Virus record (IMG/VR): IMGVR_UViG_3300045131_002463
Span: 1-64,000 of that record
From: a virus
DNA: 64,000 nt
Strand: one strand, 5' to 3'
In this document: piece after piece, positions 58,542 through 64,000 of the stretch
Layout of the letters: each line of letters begins with the position of its first letter
Numbering within the stretch: the first letter of the stretch is position 1
The notes under the pieces: model-generated
Told to the model about the DNA's origin: nothing
What the model saw: the letters and a program-made list of their open reading frames with translations, nothing else
The model's database searches: none
Position numbers and translations under genes: made by a program

Positions 58542-59633
58542 ATGCCAAACATAGTTGAAGAAGTAGAGACTGAAGTACAGTATATGAATGATGTGGATGT
58601 TCAGTGGATTTCTTTAGTAAATAAAGGAGCAAACAGAACACCCTTTAAAATTATAAAAACGGAGGACGCGATGGAAGAAGTTATTCAGAGTATTATAACT
58701 CCATTAGCTAAAGATTTTGATAAATATAAGGAGTTGCATGAATGGTCTAAAGAATTTAAAATATTGAAGACTGAAAACCATGGTGAGTATAGCAAATTCA
58801 TTAGCATACCTATTGATGAACTGGAGCCAGCTTCAGTTAAATTGGTTAGACTTAGTGAGGATGAGCATGTTTTTGCCGTGGTGGGCGTCCCTTTAAAAAT
58901 GGAAGGATCCAATATTGTTTACAAATCTATAATTATGGATAGACCGATAAAATTGGATGATAGGGGGATTACAACTTTTAGAGATACCTTCTATAGTGAG
59001 ATTAATAATTTGATGTCTATCGTAAATGGTACGATGGAATTGAATGAAATGGATAATAAGAAGAAGAGGGATATTATTGGTAAATCTCTTGATGCATTTA
59101 AGAGTTTTATTTCTGCTGGTTTAGATATAAGCGCAGATAATATTATATTTGCAAAACAAGAACAAAAAAGTGAGGTTAATATGGATGTAAAGGATGAAAA
59201 GGTAACAGAGGTTATCGTTGAAAAGGTGGAGGCTTCTGTGCCTGCTCCTGTAGCTGAGCCCGTTGTGGCCGAGACTGTAAATAAGAGCGAAGAAAAACTT
59301 TTGGAGATGCTTGCGGTTCTTACTCAGAAAATTGAAGATTTGTCTGCGAAGACGGATTCTATGGTTAAGAAAGAAGAGCCAGAAGTCGTAGAAAAAGTTG
59401 AAGAAGTTCAGGTAGAAGTTGCTAAGGCGGAAGAAGTCCCCGTGGTTCCTTTTGCTAAGTTTGAGGAAACTCTTGACACCATGAAGGTTAAATTAGAGAA
59501 ACTCGAGCAACTTGTAGAAAAGATTGATGCGGATGTACCGGAACCCTCAGTTCAGGAGCCCGTGATTAAAGAAGAGCCTACTGTTAAGAGCGAAAGTCCT
59601 TTTTCTGGGATTTTTGGAAATCTTCGAAGGTAA
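58542..59633 (+). CDS. Capsid scaffold / protease-associated protein
   Basis: N-terminal WISLVNKGAN...F motif, E/K/V-rich coiled-coil C-half, located before the MCP. Confidence 0.7.
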   Translation: MPNIVEEVETEVQYMNDVDVQWISLVNKGANRTPFKIIKTEDAMEEVIQSIITPLAKDFDKYKELHEWSKEFKILKTENHGEYSKFISIPIDELEPASVKLVRLSEDEHVFAVVGVPLKMEGSNIVYKSIIMDRPIKLDDRGITTFRDTFYSEINNLMSIVNGTMELNEMDNKKKRDIIGKSLDAFKSFISAGLDISADNIIFAKQEQKSEVNMDVKDEKVTEVIVEKVEASVPAPVAEPVVAETVNKSEEKLLEMLAVLTQKIEDLSAKTDSMVKKEEPEVVEKVEEVQVEVAKAEEVPVVPFAKFEETLDTMKVKLEKLEQLVEKIDADVPEPSVQEPVIKEEPTVKSESPFSGIFGNLRR

Positions 59634-59664
59634 TTATAAAAAAAATTTAGGAGGATTTATTTAG

Positions 59665-60621
59665 ATGGGAAAACTTAGTCCAAAAACTATAGTAGAAAAG
59701 GCTGATATAGCCGTACAGAACCTTATTGACAATGGTGGTTATTTGAACCCGATACAGGCAAATACTTTTATTCGTATGCTGGTGGATCAACCTACCATCC
59801 TTAATGAAATGCGTGTTGTCCCTATGAATGCGCCTACGATGGAAATCAATAAAATTGGTTTTTCTAGTAGAATTCTTAGGGCGGCTCCTGCATCTGGGAC
59901 GGCTCTTAGTGGAACTGGTTATCAGACCAGAGCGGCTGCTTCTACTGATAAGGTAGAGCTTCTGACTAAAGAAATCATAGCAGAAGTCTGGTTGCCTTAT
60001 GATGTGTTGGAAGACAACATTGAGCGCGGGACGTTGGAATCGACGATCATGTCGATGATCACTGAGAGAGCCTCTATTGATCTGGAAGAGCTTATTATAT
60101 TGGGCTTTACCTCAGCGACTGACCCTTACATTGGGCTTATGAATGGTCTATTGGTAACTGCTAATGATCATTTAGTAAATTATACCAGCCCGCCGTCTGA
60201 TATTGATGTTGATATCTTTAAGCGCGGCCTTCAGGCTATGCCTACAAAGTACCTCAGAAATAGAGGACAGATGAAGTTTTATGTGTCTCATTACCTAGAG
60301 TCAGAATTTGCGGCTCAGATGTCTTTTAGAGAGACTGCGATGGGTGATGTTAGAATCACTAATGATTATGCTTCTATGTTGAAGGCTTTTGGGGTGCCAG
60401 TAGTTCCGTGTGCCATGATGCCTGACGCTAATTATATTTTTACGCTTCCTCAGAATTTGATTCTTGGAATTCAGCGTAAAATTCAGATCGAAACCGATAG
60501 GTTGGTTAGGGAACGTGCACATGTCATCGTCTTGACGATGCGTCTCGCGTTCGCTATAGAGGAAACCGACGCAGTCGTTAAGGCCACTGGCTTGACAGCG
60601 ACGGGTACCACAACTTACTAA
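59665..60621 (+). CDS. Major capsid protein (HK97 fold, XkdG-like)
   Basis: GGYLNPIQANTFI, YDVLEDNIE, DLEELIILG, MPTKY; strong AGGAGG RBS and downstream terminator. Confidence 0.9.
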   Translation: MGKLSPKTIVEKADIAVQNLIDNGGYLNPIQANTFIRMLVDQPTILNEMRVVPMNAPTMEINKIGFSSRILRAAPASGTALSGTGYQTRAAASTDKVELLTKEIIAEVWLPYDVLEDNIERGTLESTIMSMITERASIDLEELIILGFTSATDPYIGLMNGLLVTANDHLVNYTSPPSDIDVDIFKRGLQAMPTKYLRNRGQMKFYVSHYLESEFAAQMSFRETAMGDVRITNDYASMLKAFGVPVVPCAMMPDANYIFTLPQNLILGIQRKIQIETDRLVRERAHVIVLTMRLAFAIEETDAVVKATGLTATGTTTY

Positions 60622-60626
60622 ACAAC

Positions 60627-60654
60627 AAGGGCCGCCAATCGGCGGCCCTTTTTT
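60627..60654 (+). terminator. Rho-independent terminator after the MCP
   Basis: AAGGGCCGCC-AATC-GGCGGCCCTT + T run. Confidence 0.9.
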
Positions 60655-60684
60655 CCTTATATTTAATTTTTGGAGTAATGATCT

Positions 60685-61011
60685 ATGAGCGAATATAAAG
60701 TCACATGTCAGGGTAGACCTGGATCGACTTATAATTATATTTTTGATAAAGCAGATATAACTTTTATAGGCGGCGCAGTAAAAACCGTGGATGAAAGTAT
60801 AGCAAAATTCTTAGTTAAGCAGAAATTTTCTTCAGGTAAATCAATATTTAGAATTGAAAAAAATATTCAAGAGAAAATTGTAGAAGAGAAAGTTGAAGAT
60901 GCATTACAAAAAGCAGTAGAAGAGACAGAAATAGAGAAAAAGATAACTCCAGTAAAAACTACTACAATTAAGCCGCCTATTAATAATAAAAAACAGGATA
61001 AATTAATATAA
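60685..61011 (+). CDS. Hypothetical virion-associated protein
   Basis: Position after the MCP; GGAG RBS. Confidence 0.65.
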   Translation: MSEYKVTCQGRPGSTYNYIFDKADITFIGGAVKTVDESIAKFLVKQKFSSGKSIFRIEKNIQEKIVEEKVEDALQKAVEETEIEKKITPVKTTTIKPPINNKKQDKLI

Positions 61012-62003
61012 TGCTTATAACTACAGTAGGAGCATATTCGTCTAATAGTTATATTACTCTAGAAGAGGCGGAAGAAATTCTTTCAAATTTAGGTATGAGG
61101 ACAGACGCTTGGTTGGCTCTTACGGCTGATTCCGCGTGTAGAACAACCGGAACTGTAGCAGGCCCTTTCATTATAATCCCAGGTGTAAATGATAGCTTAC
61201 TTTTCTCAATAGTTGAGGGAGATGAAGACGATCAGTTAGTAACTTTTGTTGGCGGCGGGGAGAGTGAAGATGAGTCAGTTACTTTAACGGCTACTCAGGT
61301 TTGTGTAATAATAAACGCACAAACAGAAGGTTTTACTGCTACTCCTACAATAGATAATAAGATAAAGTTAAGCGTAGTTACTCCATCGTGTACTTTATAC
61401 ATTAAAGATGTACAGAAGTCGTTAAACTCAACCTTTGGTTTTGTGTCTGGTTACTACCCTGATATAGTTTCTTATAAAAAAGAATATATGTTAAAAGTGG
61501 CTGCTATGTTAATGGGCATGCTTCCTCTTTCTGGTAGACGTATTTATCAACAGCAAACTCTAGACTTCCCTAGAACTAGTGTTGTAGATTATAATATAAT
61601 ACCACCAGAAGTAAAAGAAGCGCAGGCTTTGATAGCATGTTTAGTTGTTCAGCCTAACCTAGATAAACAAACAGATATATCTGATAGCTTTTATATACCT
61701 ATTGGTATGCAAAATACTGTAGTAGACAGTGTACAGGTAGCTGGTATAATGACTGTTAAGTCTTCAGCGTCTACTAGTGTAGATGTAAATATTACAAGTA
61801 GAACACTTTTAGAATCAGTATCTGGTGTTTTTATGCTTCCAGTATATATGAGACTTAAACCGTATCTAACTCAAATTGGACGTGTAGGGGCGCTCATAGC
61901 ACCAGAAGACTATCAAGAGTTATTGCTTCCCCCTGTTGAAGAAATTGATTTATCCGAGCTTGATCTTGAGATAGATCTTGATGGTGGGGATTTTACTCCA
62001 TGA
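61011..62003 (+). CDS. Head-tail connector (DnaT_2-like) with an inserted domain
   Basis: SNSYITLEEA at the N-terminus and Q.LDFPR...IPPEVKEAQ motifs. Confidence 0.7.
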   Translation: MLITTVGAYSSNSYITLEEAEEILSNLGMRTDAWLALTADSACRTTGTVAGPFIIIPGVNDSLLFSIVEGDEDDQLVTFVGGGESEDESVTLTATQVCVIINAQTEGFTATPTIDNKIKLSVVTPSCTLYIKDVQKSLNSTFGFVSGYYPDIVSYKKEYMLKVAAMLMGMLPLSGRRIYQQQTLDFPRTSVVDYNIIPPEVKEAQALIACLVVQPNLDKQTDISDSFYIPIGMQNTVVDSVQVAGIMTVKSSASTSVDVNITSRTLLESVSGVFMLPVYMRLKPYLTQIGRVGALIAPEDYQELLLPPVEEIDLSELDLEIDLDGGDFTP

Positions 62004-62461
62004 GTAATTTAATGGGACTTCAAGCTAAATATATACTTGAGTCTACATTTGATGCTGTAGCTAATAAGACTATATCGTGCATTACAGACACTACGGTTAT
62101 AAATTACAAAGCTATAGTTCATGATGAAATAGTTAGAGCAAGAAGAGAGCATTTAGAAATAGATAACGATGCCGGTATCTTAAATCAAAACTCAAAGAGA
62201 GTTATCTTACTTACAAGAGATATATTGGCTTCGGGTTTAGAGGCTTTAGATTCTTCTTGGTATTTTTTGATAGCAAATAAGAGGTATGATTTCTCTGTTA
62301 ATGAACCGTTTTGTGATGTAGATACTACTCCATTTGCGGACGCTGATCAGATTTTTTCAGTATTTTATGTAAGAAGAGCGGAAGAACTAGAATCACAAAT
62401 ATCCCCAGTACCGGGCGGAACTGGAGAGTTTTCTTTTGACTCTTGGGCACTTTCTAAATAA
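62000..62461 (+). CDS. Probable head closure/neck protein
   Basis: Synteny. Confidence 0.45.
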   Translation: MSNLMGLQAKYILESTFDAVANKTISCITDTTVINYKAIVHDEIVRARREHLEIDNDAGILNQNSKRVILLTRDILASGLEALDSSWYFLIANKRYDFSVNEPFCDVDTTPFADADQIFSVFYVRRAEELESQISPVPGGTGEFSFDSWALSK

Positions 62462-62463
62462 AA

Positions 62464-62862
62464 ATGGCTTCCTTTTTTTCAGGAAAATTAGGACTATTGT
62501 TTCATAGAAATATGCTAGAAGCTATGGACGTCTATGGAGAAAGGTTATCAAAAGATTTTCAGGCAGAAACAGGAATACCAGTAATATCTAGTTTTGCAAA
62601 TAGATCTATGGGTGGAATGAGATTAAGATTTAAGCCCGGTATTAGTAAAGAAGGTATACCTGAGGATTTTAAAGCTAAAATAGGAAGTTTTTTAAAGAAA
62701 AAAAAAGATTATCTTAAAGTTTATATAGGAGCAGCTATGAAGTGTACCTTAAATGATACAGATATAAAATCTGCTCTTCGTGCAATAGATCCAGAAAAAG
62801 CAGAATCAACCCAGTGGATAGGTGCCTCACTTAAGGTAGATGTAAAGGAAAAAAAGATTTAA
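62464..62862 (+). CDS. Probable neck/tail completion protein
   Basis: Synteny. Confidence 0.4.
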   Translation: MASFFSGKLGLLFHRNMLEAMDVYGERLSKDFQAETGIPVISSFANRSMGGMRLRFKPGISKEGIPEDFKAKIGSFLKKKKDYLKVYIGAAMKCTLNDTDIKSALRAIDPEKAESTQWIGASLKVDVKEKKI

Positions 62863-63480
62863 GTGTCTAATAATATAATTCCAGACGTAGATGAGTTTAT
62901 AGTAAATAGATTAAGGCTTATAGCTATTGATGGGGTTACTTTACCAGTACTTCCTTATGAACCAGCAAGAGAAAGAGATAATAATGAGTACCCGTTTGCT
63001 AGTGTATCAAGGGTAGGTTTTGAAGAGGATAAAGTAAGACGTAGATATGGCATAGAAACTTTAGTACCAAAGACTACAAAGAAAACTATACAATTAGCTA
63101 ATGGTAATGTTAGAGTGGTACCGACTGGGTATGATGTTAAACAATATCCAGGGGTTTACATATTAAGGTATATAATAGATACAGAAGCGGTTATAAAAGA
63201 GCATGCAGATACGCTTATTGTGATGATGGATCAGGCTTTTCCTTTTGGTTTTGAGCCTAATATATCAGGACAGTATTTGCTCTTTGATTTTACAACGCCC
63301 ATAAATAAGGATGTACTCCATAGACCATTATTTAAAGTATCATATCTTTTTGATGTCTATGGTGTTCATATAGAGAAGCTAGAATCGTACACAGTAGCGC
63401 CCATGTCTGAGCTACTATTTGATAAAGAAATTGATAATACTCCCACTCAAATGGGCTTGTGGGAACGTCCAGCTGAATAA
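62863..63480 (+). CDS. Probable tail terminator protein
   Basis: Synteny; YPFASV motif. Confidence 0.45.
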   Translation: MSNNIIPDVDEFIVNRLRLIAIDGVTLPVLPYEPARERDNNEYPFASVSRVGFEEDKVRRRYGIETLVPKTTKKTIQLANGNVRVVPTGYDVKQYPGVYILRYIIDTEAVIKEHADTLIVMMDQAFPFGFEPNISGQYLLFDFTTPINKDVLHRPLFKVSYLFDVYGVHIEKLESYTVAPMSELLFDKEIDNTPTQMGLWERPAE

Positions 63481-63531
63481 AATTTGCAATTGATTGCAAA
63501 TAGCAATATAAAAATTTGGAGGCAAAAATAA

Positions 63532-63741
63532 ATGGCCGAAAGACTCGTAAAAGTAGTGAATAATACAAACGCTGATTTAGAGATACAGCTACATAGTGGT
63601 ACTTCTCTGAGTATGACTCAGTTTAGACAAGGTAAAACAACGCATATGTCTAAAGTTGTAGATTTTTCAGATCTTCCTGATAGTGTTACTAAGAAGAATG
63701 GTATGTTAGCTAGAAAAATGGTAAGTGTAGTAGATGTGTAA
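63532..63741 (+). CDS. Small hypothetical protein before the sheath
   Basis: GGAGG RBS. Confidence 0.65.
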   Translation: MAERLVKVVNNTNADLEIQLHSGTSLSMTQFRQGKTTHMSKVVDFSDLPDSVTKKNGMLARKMVSVVDV

Positions 63742-63843
63742 AAATATATTAAAGTAATTACCTACATACTTAATACTAAACATATTAATTGATATCTTTT
63801 AAGTATGTAGCCCGACTTATAATTAGTATTGGAGGTTAGTAAT

Positions 63844-64000
63844 ATGACGCTTGGCGCAGCCAGAGTAATATGGAGAATAAACGATCTTAGCCTATTTGTA
63901 GATGAAGTGGTTCGCGGGTATGTAACCATGGTCATCAAGGCAGAGCGTGGAGAGATGGGAAAAGCCCGTATCATCTCTACCATGGAGGAATACAGAAGAC
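63844..64000 (+). CDS. Tail sheath protein, N-terminus (truncated by the window edge)
   Basis: GGAGG RBS; MTLGAARVIWRINDLS...IKAERGEMGKARIISTMEEYR resembles the sheath N-terminal pattern. Confidence 0.7.
   Translation, partial: MTLGAARVIWRINDLSLFVDEVVRGYVTMVIKAERGEMGKARIISTMEEYRR

Larger units (their letters stand above)
4139..63499. repeat. Dispersed 16-bp palindrome TTGCAATYRATTGCAA (8 copies)
   Basis: 4147-4162 (within a perfect 32-bp palindrome 4139-4170), 15812-15827, 20216-20231, 34563-34578, 38704-38719 (one mismatch), 49786-49801, 53899-53914, 63484-63499. Confidence 0.9.

Overview
A 64-kb segment of a large tailed phage genome, probably a contractile-tailed myovirus: a tail sheath gene starts at the right edge. 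Sigma70 promoters, IHF boxes and an outer-membrane beta-barrel gene point to a Gram-negative host. Layout: (1) 1-2.5 kb, AT-rich region with clustered IHF-consensus sites around one 361-aa ORF. (2) 2.5-11.5 kb, GC-richer early region of 11 minus-strand cassettes. Each has an identical 24-bp upstream element exactly 17 bp from a consensus -35 box, then 1-3 small ORFs separated by hairpins, usually ending in a terminator. (3) 11.9-30 kb, minus-strand accessory genes: FmdB-like Zn ribbon, a second TOPRIM primase, MT-A70 methylase, OMP, GT2-TPR-methyltransferase. Six of them share a C-terminal R-x-[IL]-[VIM]-[VI]-C-[KR] tag. (4) 28-38.7 kb, an RNA repair/tRNA locus: Rnl-type RNA ligase, RtcB split in two by a free-standing endonuclease, 5 tRNAs with rewired D/T-loop elbows, one odd tRNA-like RNA, and a Ro60/TROVE gene preceded by a tandem array of six Y-RNA-like ncRNAs. 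(5) 38.7-57.4 kb, ThyX, HNH, terminase, ParB-like, AAA+, RuvC-like, Cas4-like, RecA-like, SF2 helicase, SSB, primase, DnaB-like helicase. (6) 57.9-64 kb, plus-strand head and neck genes. A 16-bp palindrome (TTGCAATYRATTGCAA) recurs 8 times across the window. The best candidate for an undescribed system is the Ro60 + six-member modular Y RNA array linked to split RtcB, Rnl and the atypical tRNAs. All calls come from reading motifs by eye; no database searches were run.
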